Made by a program: the position numbers and the translations under genes. Of a DNA stretch of 32,000 nt, positions 18,098-27,160 are shown one piece after another; positions within the stretch are counted from its first letter, which is position 1, and every line of letters starts with the position of its first letter. This DNA comes from an uncultured archaeon (GTDB lineage: Archaea; Iainarchaeota; Iainarchaeia; Iainarchaeales; 0-14-0-20-30-16), in contig CAZMGA010000004.1 of the NCBI GenBank assembly GCA_964565725.1, positions 1-32,000 of the forward strand, in the 5' to 3' direction. Under the pieces are notes generated by a model that searched no databases, was not told the DNA's origin, and worked only from the letters and a program-made list of their open reading frames with translations.

Positions 18098-18298
18098 CTA
18101 ATAGTCTTTTTTCAAATTTTTTCCTTTTAATCCTTTAGTATCATCTGGATTAATATCAAAATCTACTCGATCTCCAACAGAAACATTTTCTCTTAATGAA
18201 TTAGTAGAAACAAAATATTCTAAGCCATCATCACCAGAAACAACAATAAATTTTTTAGGTAAATTCTTGATTTTAATTATTCCTTTCATAAACTTCAA
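18098..18298 (-). CDS. Divergent cold-shock-domain-like OB-fold small protein
   Basis: MKGIIKIKNLPKKFIVVSGDDGLEYFVSTNSLRENVSVGDRVDFDINPDDTKGLKGKNLK follows the CSD layout (G-x-I..kkF..v..ddG..yFv..s.l...v..Gd.V.F). Confidence 0.55.
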   Translation of the reverse strand: MKFMKGIIKIKNLPKKFIVVSGDDGLEYFVSTNSLRENVSVGDRVDFDINPDDTKGLKGKNLKKDY

Positions 18299-18345
18299 CT
18301 CATATATTATAATATATCTATAAATATATAAATTTAATTAAAAAA

Positions 18346-20142
18346 TTACATTTTTCCTATAAATTCAGAAAATTTATTATTATCAAATTTTCTTAAATTA
18401 TAATCAATTGGTAGTAATTGATTATATTTAGACCAGCCAAACCTTTTATCTAAAAGTAAAATAAATGCTTTATCTGTTTCAGATCTTATACCTCTTCCAC
18501 AAGCTTGAACTATTTTGGATATTGTAGGATATAAATAAGCATAATTCCAACCTTGAACTGTTTTTTTATCATAAAATTCAATTAATGCATTCATTTCGTA
18601 ATCAGGTTCTGGAAAAGGAAAACCTACCATTATTATTCCAATTAAATCATCACCAGGATAATCTACACCTTCTGAAAACGATCCACCTACTACTGCAAAT
18701 AATACTGAACCAAAACCAACTTTATTTTTTTTGAAATTTGCAATTAATCTTTTAGTTTGTGTAACATTTTGATTTTTTTCTTGAACATATATTTTTTTAA
18801 TTATTTTTTGAGAAATTCTTAAATATACGCTTTGTAATATATCATAACTTGGAAAAAATACAGCTATATTTCCAGATACTTTGTTTGTAATATTAATTAT
18901 AATATCTATAATTTTTGGTATACTTTCTTTTCGTTCTTCATATTTTGTTGTTACATTATCAAAATACATAACTAATTTATTTTCATTAGGAAACGGACTT
19001 TTAAATTGTTTGAAATAAGGTCTTTTTATACCTAATAATTCAGAATACATATTAAGAGGGCTAAATGTTCCAGACATTAAAATACAACCAAAACATTCTT
19101 CAAAAATAACATCAGATAAATATGATGGATCTAAACCTTTGATATGAATTGTATCTTCTGTTTTATATCTCGTTTTTACTTTTGAATCATGCATCCATGC
19201 TAAAATAAAATTAAAAATTTTGTTTAGATTCGATTTTTTTTTATCTAATTCTAAAATATAATCGCAAGCAGTTGCCAAAGATTCTAATATTTCTGAATTT
19301 TCAAATAATGTGCCAAAAGAATTTGTATCTAAAAAACCATTTTTTAAATTATTAAAACAATATTCAAAATCTTCTAAAAATTCAGTAATATCATAAATTT
19401 TTTCTTTTGGTACTTTTTCCCAATCTTTTTTTGCATTTATTATTTGTTTTAAAGATAAGTTATCAGACAAAATATTTCTTAAACGTGATGGTAAATTGTG
19501 GGCTTCATCAAAAATAAAAATTACATCTTCCAAACCAATATTTATTTTGTTAAATATATTGTTTCTAATTTTATTTATGAATATATGATTTACATCACAA
19601 ATTATAATATTTGCGCTTTTTGCTACCTTTAAACCCATTTCATAAGGACAAAGTTGTTTACTATTACATAACTCTCTAAACTCTTCCGCACTTTCTATTT
19701 TATATTCATTTATAAAATCGTTAACTACGTTTGTTTTAAAAGGTCCATGTCCATTTGCATTTAAATAGGGATAACAACTTTGATTTTTTATTTTTTTTTC
19801 ACATAATTCATAAAATTCTGGCCCCAAATTATACAAAAAAGGATCTATACATAAATTGCTTTTTGATATTAAATCTAAGGCAATAAATTTTTTATCAAAT
19901 TTTTTATTTATTTCTTTAATAGTATCTATTACTATTTTATGTTGCGAATTTTTAGGAGTTACAAAAAATATTTTTTTATTATTTTTTTCTGCATATTCTA
20001 AAGCAACAGCTAAAGAAGCATCAGTTTTTCCTAAACCCGTTGGTGCTTCAAATAATCCTATTAAATTATTATTTAAAACATAATCTATTTCTTTAATTAA
20101 TACGTCCTGTCCAAGCCTAATTTTATTGTGTCTAAAATACAT
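18346..20142 (-). CDS. xpd: XPD/Rad3-related DNA helicase (Fe-S type)
   Basis: FEAPTGLGKTDASL, four spaced cysteines (LCIDP, LCEKK, SCYPY, LCPYEMG), DEAHNLPSRLR, VVGGSFSEGVDYPGDDLIGIIMVGFPFP, QACGRGIRSETDKAFILLLDKRF. Confidence 0.93.
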   Translation of the reverse strand: MYFRHNKIRLGQDVLIKEIDYVLNNNLIGLFEAPTGLGKTDASLAVALEYAEKNNKKIFFVTPKNSQHKIVIDTIKEINKKFDKKFIALDLISKSNLCIDPFLYNLGPEFYELCEKKIKNQSCYPYLNANGHGPFKTNVVNDFINEYKIESAEEFRELCNSKQLCPYEMGLKVAKSANIIICDVNHIFINKIRNNIFNKINIGLEDVIFIFDEAHNLPSRLRNILSDNLSLKQIINAKKDWEKVPKEKIYDITEFLEDFEYCFNNLKNGFLDTNSFGTLFENSEILESLATACDYILELDKKKSNLNKIFNFILAWMHDSKVKTRYKTEDTIHIKGLDPSYLSDVIFEECFGCILMSGTFSPLNMYSELLGIKRPYFKQFKSPFPNENKLVMYFDNVTTKYEERKESIPKIIDIIINITNKVSGNIAVFFPSYDILQSVYLRISQKIIKKIYVQEKNQNVTQTKRLIANFKKNKVGFGSVLFAVVGGSFSEGVDYPGDDLIGIIMVGFPFPEPDYEMNALIEFYDKKTVQGWNYAYLYPTISKIVQACGRGIRSETDKAFILLLDKRFGWSKYNQLLPIDYNLRKFDNNKFSEFIGKM

Positions 20143-20148
20143 ATAAAT

Positions 20149-21006
20149 CTAACCTATTATTAAATATGTTTCAATTAATGCACCTATAAAAATACAAGCT
20201 ATAGATGCAAAAAGAATTATTGTTAAATCTATTAAAATCTTTTTTAAGTTAGATCTTATATTTATATAATGTCCATGAAGGATTGCAGAAATAATGCCTC
20301 CAGATATTGCCGCCAAAAAATATGCAAAGAATTCAAAAATTCCATGTGGTAGTAAGCCAAGACCTAAAAAAGAACCATGTAAAAAGGCAATTAATTTTCC
20401 CGAACTAAAATTTGCATAAATAGGTATTAGAGATATTATTTCAGCTCCTACTATAGTTCCAAAAACACTAGCTTGATATATAATAATGAATAACGCCCCA
20501 ACACCAAATAAAAAAGAAAATAAGAGAATTGCTAAAATAACCCCCAAATTATTTAGAAAAATATATCCAAATAAACCTTGAGGGTTTGATAAATATAAAT
20601 TTCCACTTATGTTTATTGTATCTTTAATATTATCTACAGTATTTAAAGTATTCAATTGTTCTGTAAATATTATTTCTTTGTAAGATACAGGTAAAAATAC
20701 AAATAATAAAGTAAATATTACTGAAACAGTAATAAATATTTTCAAATAAATTTTAATTAAAAAACCATATTTTGCAAAAAATTTTTTTTCTTTTGACAAA
20801 ACTATTTTTTCTCTTGTAAAATATACTCTATTTAAAAAATACATAAAGGCAATAGTAGTAAATGCTATTGATAAAATACTTGTATTTTGTTTAAAAAAAA
20901 TTAAAGATATGCCTATAGAAAATAAACAAATTATAGCTGTATATATAAAAAGAAGAAATTTATTTTTTAATAATGAATCAGTAGGAAATATACTTTCTAA
21001 AACCAT
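20149..21006 (-). CDS. SpoIIM/DUF95-family integral membrane protein
   Basis: FGVGALFIIIYQASVFGTIVGAEI... and GLGLLPHGIFEFFAYFLAAISGGIISAILHG typical of the family. Confidence 0.82.
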   Translation of the reverse strand: MVLESIFPTDSLLKNKFLLFIYTAIICLFSIGISLIFFKQNTSILSIAFTTIAFMYFLNRVYFTREKIVLSKEKKFFAKYGFLIKIYLKIFITVSVIFTLLFVFLPVSYKEIIFTEQLNTLNTVDNIKDTINISGNLYLSNPQGLFGYIFLNNLGVILAILLFSFLFGVGALFIIIYQASVFGTIVGAEIISLIPIYANFSSGKLIAFLHGSFLGLGLLPHGIFEFFAYFLAAISGGIISAILHGHYINIRSNLKKILIDLTIILFASIACIFIGALIETYLIIG

Positions 21007-21073
21007 AAATAAATAAATACAGAATAAATATAAATGCTATTATTATATATAATATAAGTTAGTAGGTGATGTT

Positions 21074-21574
21074 ATGGATAGAACTCATTTAGAAAAAACA
21101 TTAGTTTTATTAAAACCCGATGCTTTGCAAAGAGGTATTTGTGGAGAAATAATTCATAGATTTGAAAGAGTGGGCCTAGATATAGTTGCTATGAAAATGA
21201 TTTGGATAGATAAAGATTTTGCAGCAAAACATTATTTTGATGTTAAAAAAAGACATGGTGAAAAAGTGTTAAATAATTTAACAGCGTATTTAATAGATGG
21301 TCCTGTTATAGCAATGGTTTTAGAAGGTGTAGAATCAATAGCTATAGTGAGAAAAATGGTTGGTGCAACTTATCCTTTTGATGCTATTCCAGGAACTATT
21401 AGAGGAGATTTTTCACATATTTCTAAAGATTATGCTAACAAATATGAAAAAACAGTATCAAATTTAATTCATGCATCATCTAAAAAAGAAGATGCAGAAT
21501 ACGAAATAAATTTATGGTTTGATAAAAGCGAAATTCATTCTTTTGATAGATTAAGTGATAGATATATTATTTAG
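21074..21574 (+). CDS. ndk: Nucleoside diphosphate kinase
   Basis: EKTLVLLKPDALQRGICGEIIHRFE, KRHGEKVLNNLTAYLIDGPVIAMVLEG, GATYPFDAIPGTIRGDF, NLIHASSKKEDAEYEINLWF (active-site His region). Confidence 0.96.
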   Translation: MDRTHLEKTLVLLKPDALQRGICGEIIHRFERVGLDIVAMKMIWIDKDFAAKHYFDVKKRHGEKVLNNLTAYLIDGPVIAMVLEGVESIAIVRKMVGATYPFDAIPGTIRGDFSHISKDYANKYEKTVSNLIHASSKKEDAEYEINLWFDKSEIHSFDRLSDRYII

Positions 21575-21581
21575 GTGTTAG

Positions 21582-22913
21582 ATGTTAGAATATATAGATA
21601 CTCTTGAATCAAAATTAAAAAATGCGGATTACTATAGAATAAATATTATTGAAAAAGAAATCCAATCTTCTGAAATTAAAGAAGGGGTTATTGATCAAAT
21701 TATAGATTCTCAAAATAAAGGTTTAAGTATATTTTATACTTTTGGGAAATCTAGTTATTTTTACTCTACAAATAATTTAGAAAATGTAAAAAATTTTAAT
21801 GTAAATAAAGATATTAAAAAAATTAAAAATTTAGATTATGTTCCTAAAGAGTCTGGAATAACAGATAGTAAAAAAATAGGAACTAAATCTAAAAATAATT
21901 TTGAAGATGTAGTAAAAGAATTAAAAGATGTTTCTAAATTAAGTCCAAATATAAAATCTCATAATATATCTTATAACACAATCAATGAAAAAAGATACAC
22001 TATTTGTGAAAATACAAATATAAAACAAGAATTTAATTATGGTATTTTATATAATCATATCACTGCAAAATCAGGAAATAAAGTAAAAAGTATAACTGAT
22101 AGGATTTGTAAATCAACTAATTTAGATAATTTTTATAAAACCATTTTAGAAAATAATGAAGAAAAAGAAAAGTTAGTAATAAAAAGTTTAAAATATAAAG
22201 AAGGTATAAAAGGGGAATTTAAAACAATTTTATATGGCGATATTACTGATTTATTATGTCATGAAGCAATAGGTCATTCTTTAGAATCAGATCTCACATA
22301 TTACAAAGAATCAATATTATGGAATAAATTAAAAGAAAAAATAGGTCCTGAAAATATAACTTTATATGATGACCCTAGTCCTAATACAAATTATTTTGGA
22401 GTTTTTTATTATGATGATGAGGGCTTTCCTGCAAAGAAAAAAGCGTTAATTAAAAATGGATATGTAAATGATTTTATTTTGACAGATAAACATTCTCAAT
22501 TATATGATTTAAAAAATAATGGTGGTGCAAGATGCGAATCATATTTGCATAAACCAATTCCTAGAATGTCTAATACTTATTTGAAACAAGGCGATCTAAC
22601 TTACGAAGAATTAATACAAGAAATGAAGAATGGGGTAATTTTAAGGCAAGGTAGTGGGGGACAAACAAATCCTATGACTGGAACATATCAGTTTGGTATT
22701 GGCTTTATTGATGTTGTAAAAAATTCAGAAATAGTTGAAACTAGAAATAATGTTTCTTTTAGTGGGAATATTTTTGATGCATTAAATCAAATTGAATTAA
22801 TTTCTAAAAGTTATGGGGAATATTTTCCTGGATTTTGTGGTAAAAACGGACAAAAAGTCTTTGTAGGTGGTGGAAGCCCACATGTATTGTTAAAAAAGGT
22901 GCGATTTAAATGA
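21582..22913 (+). CDS. tldD: TldD-family metalloprotease
   Basis: LLCHEAIGHSLESDL (HExxxH), ITLYDDPSPNTNYFGVFYYDDEG, GGARCESYLHKPIPRMSNTYLKQGD, GSGGQTNPMTGTYQF. Confidence 0.93.
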   Translation: MLEYIDTLESKLKNADYYRINIIEKEIQSSEIKEGVIDQIIDSQNKGLSIFYTFGKSSYFYSTNNLENVKNFNVNKDIKKIKNLDYVPKESGITDSKKIGTKSKNNFEDVVKELKDVSKLSPNIKSHNISYNTINEKRYTICENTNIKQEFNYGILYNHITAKSGNKVKSITDRICKSTNLDNFYKTILENNEEKEKLVIKSLKYKEGIKGEFKTILYGDITDLLCHEAIGHSLESDLTYYKESILWNKLKEKIGPENITLYDDPSPNTNYFGVFYYDDEGFPAKKKALIKNGYVNDFILTDKHSQLYDLKNNGGARCESYLHKPIPRMSNTYLKQGDLTYEELIQEMKNGVILRQGSGGQTNPMTGTYQFGIGFIDVVKNSEIVETRNNVSFSGNIFDALNQIELISKSYGEYFPGFCGKNGQKVFVGGGSPHVLLKKVRFK

Positions 22914-24118
22914 ATTTTAGATATATACTTTTCGATAATAAACAAATTGAAATAAATTCTATAAATTATAAAATCGTATCTATAGATGAAGTAAATAATA
23001 CAAAAATAAATTTGGATGTAATTCATAATAACAAAAGATATTTTAAAAAAATAGATTTTGATGATTTTAAAAATAAAGATAAAATAATAAAAAATATGAT
23101 TAAATTTGGCAAATATAAAGAATTAAAATTTTATGGCAATTTTCCAAAATATAAATTTGATGATTTAAAACTTGTCAACGAATTAAAGAATTTAAATTTA
23201 AATAATCTTTTAAAATATGTTGATGAATTAAATAAGGAAATAAAAACATTAAATGATTTAATAAGTTTTAAAGTTTACTTAAATAAAGAATCAATGTTTA
23301 CAGAATATAATTCAAAAGATGTAGAATATAATTTTGAAAAATCTTTAGTAAGTATTATGTGTGATTGCCAATTTAAAGATTTGGAGAATATAAATATTTG
23401 TACTTATGATATATTTTCACAAAAAAAAGGAATTAATATAAAAAATATAATCAGGGATATTAAAAAGAAATATAATTTAAAAAGAAATCAAGTGGAATGT
23501 AATACTAATATAAATAATTATAATTTAATGTTTGATCCAGAAGTTTTTGCAGATCTTATAGAGTATTATATAATTAACAATTCAGATTTAGAGAATTATA
23601 TTAAAAAAGATACTTTTTTACAAAATAGTGTTTTTGATTTTAAATTGAATATTTTAGAAAAACCGTTTATAAAAAATAGTGTTTTTTCTTTAGCTTTAGA
23701 TTATGATTTTGTTCCTACAAAAGAAAAATATATTATTCAAGATGGGAAGTTAGTAAATTATATTTGTGATTTGAATACAGCATTTAAATATAATAAAGAG
23801 CCATCAGGAAATTTTTTACCTAATTCTATTACAAATATTATTGTAAATAAAGGAGATAAAAGTTTTAATCAATTAATAAAAAATTCTACAATATTAATAA
23901 CTGATATAATAGGATTACATACTAGTAATAGAAAAGAAGGTACATTAAATGTATCCTGTGAAGGAGTTTTATTTGTAAATGGTAAAAAATCTAAATCCTT
24001 TAAGGATATAAAATTAAATGTGAATATTGTAGACTTATTTAAAGATATAGAATTATCTAAAGAAACAAAACAAATTAATAACTATAATTTGCCATATGTT
24101 TATTGTAAGAGGAAATAA
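22910..24118 (+). CDS. tldE: TldE/PmbA-like partner of TldD
   Basis: DPEVFADLIEYYI, SLALDYDFVPTKEKYIIQDGKLVNYICDLNTA, ILITDIIGLHTSNRKEGTLNVSCEGVLFVNGKKSKSFKDIKLNVN; 4-nt overlap with tldD. Confidence 0.88.
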   Translation: MNFRYILFDNKQIEINSINYKIVSIDEVNNTKINLDVIHNNKRYFKKIDFDDFKNKDKIIKNMIKFGKYKELKFYGNFPKYKFDDLKLVNELKNLNLNNLLKYVDELNKEIKTLNDLISFKVYLNKESMFTEYNSKDVEYNFEKSLVSIMCDCQFKDLENINICTYDIFSQKKGINIKNIIRDIKKKYNLKRNQVECNTNINNYNLMFDPEVFADLIEYYIINNSDLENYIKKDTFLQNSVFDFKLNILEKPFIKNSVFSLALDYDFVPTKEKYIIQDGKLVNYICDLNTAFKYNKEPSGNFLPNSITNIIVNKGDKSFNQLIKNSTILITDIIGLHTSNRKEGTLNVSCEGVLFVNGKKSKSFKDIKLNVNIVDLFKDIELSKETKQINNYNLPYVYCKRK

Positions 24119-24119
24119 T

Positions 24120-24563
24120 ATGCTACCTATAGAACACATTTTTTTAGGATTTATTCCTACATTTTTTTTTATTTCTGAATATAATATTTATTTCGCAATT
24201 TTGTTTTATTTTTCAACAATATTTATAGATTTTGATCATTATATTTATGCTTTGCTAATTACAAAATTTAAAACAATAGATATTTTTAAAGCCTATGATT
24301 TTTTTATTGAATTTAAAACCAAATCTACAATTATTAATCCTTTATTTATTTTTCATACTATTGAATTTATGAGTGTATTTTTAGTATTGGGTTTATATTT
24401 CCATAATATGTATTTTATAGCTGTATTTTATGGTTTGATATTTCATTTATTTTTGGATTTTTTAGATGTTATTATATCAAAAATAAAGAAACAAAATATT
24501 CATTATAAGAAGATATCTATAATTTATTACTTAATTAAATATAAACTTTTAAAAAACAAATAA
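24120..24563 (+). CDS. Small polytopic membrane protein, possibly membrane-bound metal-dependent hydrolase-like (YdjM/DUF457-like layout)
   Basis: MLPIEHIFLGFIP...IFIDFDHYIYALL...FHTIEFM...GLIFHLFLDFLDVI with His/Asp in membrane segments; start at 24120 fits better than the track start (24096). Confidence 0.6.
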   Translation: MLPIEHIFLGFIPTFFFISEYNIYFAILFYFSTIFIDFDHYIYALLITKFKTIDIFKAYDFFIEFKTKSTIINPLFIFHTIEFMSVFLVLGLYFHNMYFIAVFYGLIFHLFLDFLDVIISKIKKQNIHYKKISIIYYLIKYKLLKNK

Positions 24564-24568
24564 AAAAA

Positions 24569-24590
24569 AAGAAAATAAGTTTATTTTCTT
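24569..24590. terminator. Inverted repeat AAGAAAATAA-GT-TTATTTTCTT between convergent genes; possible bidirectional 3'-end element
   Basis: Perfect 10-nt arms read from sequence; AT-rich, overlaps the stop codon of the minus-strand CDS. Confidence 0.35.
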
Positions 24591-24985
24591 CTTTCTTCTT
24601 TTTGGTTTATAATTGTATTCCAATTATTTCCTATATTATATACAAATAATGCAAATAACATTATAATGATATAAAATAAAACCCACATGAATGGTTTAAA
24701 TGCCACAACTATGTTTAAATAAGGATCACTGTTATAATTGTAAGGATATAAGGATTGCCCTGTAGAATCATAAAAGTAAGTTGCACAAATTTTTGATTCG
24801 TCAAAATTAGTTGCTTTTTCATAACACTTATCTATGTTTAATAATACATCCCATTGATGGAATAAATTTGCAAAACTTATTATAAATCCAAATAAGCCTA
24901 GAAAAAAAATGAATGTGCTTATTAAATTTAGTACATTAAATTTATGTTTACCATTGTTAATATAAACTATTTTATGTAAAGCCAT
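24581..24985 (-). CDS. Hypothetical membrane protein (two TM helices with an extracytoplasmic loop)
   Basis: LISTFIFFLGLFGFIISFANLF and FKPFMWVLFYIIIMLFALFVYNI flank a polar loop with Cys residues. Confidence 0.65.
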   Translation of the reverse strand: MALHKIVYINNGKHKFNVLNLISTFIFFLGLFGFIISFANLFHQWDVLLNIDKCYEKATNFDESKICATYFYDSTGQSLYPYNYNSDPYLNIVVAFKPFMWVLFYIIIMLFALFVYNIGNNWNTIINQKEERRK

Positions 24986-25072
24986 AATCTCACCAATAAG
25001 ATAAATTACTTATAATATATAAATGTTTTTATTGTTAAATAATAATATGAGGGCTAGAAAAGTTGAAAAATA

Positions 25073-25492
25073 ATGAGTATAATTAAAAAAAAGAAAACTG
25101 CCCAATTGTTTGTAGATGAAGCTGTAGCTAGAATTAGAAAAAAGCCAAAGGATTTATTTGAAAGTTTAGAATTAAAATCAGAAACTCCTTTAGGGGATTT
25201 TGGGTTTTATTTGCCAAATGGTAAGAGAATAATGAATTTTAAAATAGATATTAGAAATTCTATTTTGTTTATATCTGAATTTAAAATTGAAAATTGGGTT
25301 GGGGAATCTTCTTTTAGTAAAATTGGTTTGGGAAGTTATATGATGAACTATATAATTAATTTAGCCAAGGCCAAAAATTTGAAAAAAATAAGTTTAGATA
25401 GTGTTCTTTCTGCAGTTGATTTTTATAAAAAATTTGGATTCAAAATTGTTAAGTTAAATGATAAGTTAGTTAAAATGGAATTAAGTTTATAG
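25073..25492 (+). CDS. GNAT-like N-acetyltransferase
   Basis: LFISEFKIENWVG...FSKIGLGSYMMNYIINLAKAKNLKKISLDSVLSAVDFYKKFGFKIVKL: acetyl-CoA loop and C-terminal GNAT motif. Confidence 0.72.
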   Translation: MSIIKKKKTAQLFVDEAVARIRKKPKDLFESLELKSETPLGDFGFYLPNGKRIMNFKIDIRNSILFISEFKIENWVGESSFSKIGLGSYMMNYIINLAKAKNLKKISLDSVLSAVDFYKKFGFKIVKLNDKLVKMELSL

Positions 25493-25495
25493 ATT

Positions 25496-26035
25496 TTAAT
25501 TTTCTATTTGATTCTTTAAAACTCTTCCTTTAGGGATTTGATTTTTAATTTTATTTTGAGATAATAAGCCAACACCTAAAACATCTTTTTTGTATTTTAA
25601 AATAACATAATTATTTTTATACTCTTTTTCTTGAGTTTTATCTAAATCATATCCATGAATATATTGATTATATTCTTTTTCATTTAATTCGTAAATATTT
25701 TCTTTAATGTTATTATTTAAATAAATTGCAAAATTACTTGTTATTTTTGGGACTTCTAAATAATTTCTTAATGCTCTAAAACCTATAGAATTAATTGTTA
25801 TACCTTTATTTGAAAAAGGTATAAAATTTTTAGTTTTTTTATTTGTAATCCAAACATCATTTCCTTTTTTTAAAAAATTATAACTTTCCAAAAAATTTAT
25901 TTCTATACCATATATTTCATTTAAAAAACTATAAATTCTTTTAATATCTATTTTTTCTAGTTCTTCATATTCAGATATTATTTTTTTGTCATCTTGCATA
26001 CGAAAAAACCTTCTATCTTTGCCTTTTGTGGCCAT
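25496..26035 (-). CDS. Small protein resembling the C-terminal/PUA-like accessory domain of NOL1/NOP2/Sun methyltransferases
   Basis: KDVLGVGLLSQNKIKNQIPKGRVLKNQI resembles domains fused to RsmF-type enzymes; overlaps the 3' end of the methyltransferase gene; likely start MQDDKKII. Confidence 0.55.
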   Translation of the reverse strand: MATKGKDRRFFRMQDDKKIISEYEELEKIDIKRIYSFLNEIYGIEINFLESYNFLKKGNDVWITNKKTKNFIPFSNKGITINSIGFRALRNYLEVPKITSNFAIYLNNNIKENIYELNEKEYNQYIHGYDLDKTQEKEYKNNYVILKYKKDVLGVGLLSQNKIKNQIPKGRVLKNQIEN

Positions 26036-26937
26036 ATTCTCACACTCTTTTTAACTTCTGAATTATATTCTATATTATTATAATTAGTTATTCCATTAGA
26101 TGTATTTAAACCTTCAAATTTTAAATTTTCTACCTTTAAATCATATTTTTCTAAAGCGTAATTAATGATTTCTTCATTTTCTTCTGGAGATAACGTACAA
26201 GTAGAATAAATTAATGTTCCATTTGGTTTTAATGCAGTATATGCTGAATCAAATAATTGTTTTTGTAAAATAGATAATTGTGAAACTTTATTTTGAGACC
26301 AAGCATACCTTGACTTAATTTCTTTTTGAAATGTACCTTCACTTGAACATGGCGCATCCAATAATACTTTGTCAAAAATTTCTGGAAAATTTTTAAATTT
26401 TCTACCATCATTTCTTGTAATTATGCAATTCAAACAACCAGATCTATCTAAATTTTCTTGCAATGATTTAATTCTTTGTATTAATGGTTCATTAGCAACA
26501 ATTAAACCTGTATTATCTAAATGCATCGCAATTTCTGAAGTTTTTGATCCTGGTGCAGCACACATATCTAAAATATACTCTTCTTTTTGTGGATTTAAAG
26601 CAATTACTGGCAACATAGATGATGTTTCTTGAACATATATTTTGCCTAAAAAATGTTCTAAAGTATTTCCTATTCTTATGTTTTCATTTTTAGATATAAA
26701 ATAACCATATTTATACCAAGGCATTTGTTCCAAAATAAAACCTTGTTCTTTTAAACAGCCTACTATGTTTTCTGGTTTGTCTTTTAAAATATTTATTCTA
26801 ATGCTTTTTTTTAGCGGACTGTCTAGTGTTTTTAATAACTCTTCTAATTCTTCATTATTTAACAATTTAGACATTTTATCTACAAAATCTTTAGGAAAAA
26901 ACATAAAATCACAGAATACATTTATAAACTTTTTCAA
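25978..26937 (-). CDS. NOL1/NOP2/Sun-family RNA (cytosine-5) methyltransferase
   Basis: SIRINILK, YVQETSSMLPVIAL, ILDMCAAPGSKTSEIA, VLLDAPCSSEGTF, LIYSTCTLSPEENEEII. Confidence 0.95.
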   Translation of the reverse strand: MKKFINVFCDFMFFPKDFVDKMSKLLNNEELEELLKTLDSPLKKSIRINILKDKPENIVGCLKEQGFILEQMPWYKYGYFISKNENIRIGNTLEHFLGKIYVQETSSMLPVIALNPQKEEYILDMCAAPGSKTSEIAMHLDNTGLIVANEPLIQRIKSLQENLDRSGCLNCIITRNDGRKFKNFPEIFDKVLLDAPCSSEGTFQKEIKSRYAWSQNKVSQLSILQKQLFDSAYTALKPNGTLIYSTCTLSPEENEEIINYALEKYDLKVENLKFEGLNTSNGITNYNNIEYNSEVKKSVRIWPQKAKIEGFFVCKMTKK

Positions 26938-27008
26938 ATAAATAATATTTCAGTTATAATAATTATAACAATACTTGTTTTTAAAGTATTACCTTTTTAG
27001 ACCTTTGT

Positions 27009-27082
27009 GGTCCCTTAGCTCAGTCTGGTAGAGCAACGGGCTTTTAACCCGTGTGTCGTGGGTTCGAATCCCACAGGGATCA
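27009..27082 (+). tRNA. tRNA-Lys (anticodon TTT)
   Basis: Acceptor GGTCCCT/AGGGATC, D arm GCTC/GAGC, anticodon arm ACGGG-CTTTTAA-CCCGT, T arm GTGGG-TTCGAAT-CCCAC; discriminator A; CCA not encoded. Confidence 0.96.
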
Positions 27083-27160
27083 TATTTTTAAATAAAATCT
27101 TATTTTATATTTTCTATTTTAATCCGTTTAATATATATATTTTTTGTTTTTATTCTTATA

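Noticed and set aside
19856-20083. Plus-strand 75-aa ORF opposite XPD
   Set aside because: Antisense to the XPD Walker A region.
22811-23026. Minus-strand ORF across the tldD/tldE junction
   Set aside because: Antisense to two recognised genes.
26970-26990. Inverted repeat AATACTT-gttttta-AAGTATT upstream of tRNA-Lys
   Set aside because: Short and AT-rich; likely coincides with tRNA promoter sequence and is expected by chance in this composition.
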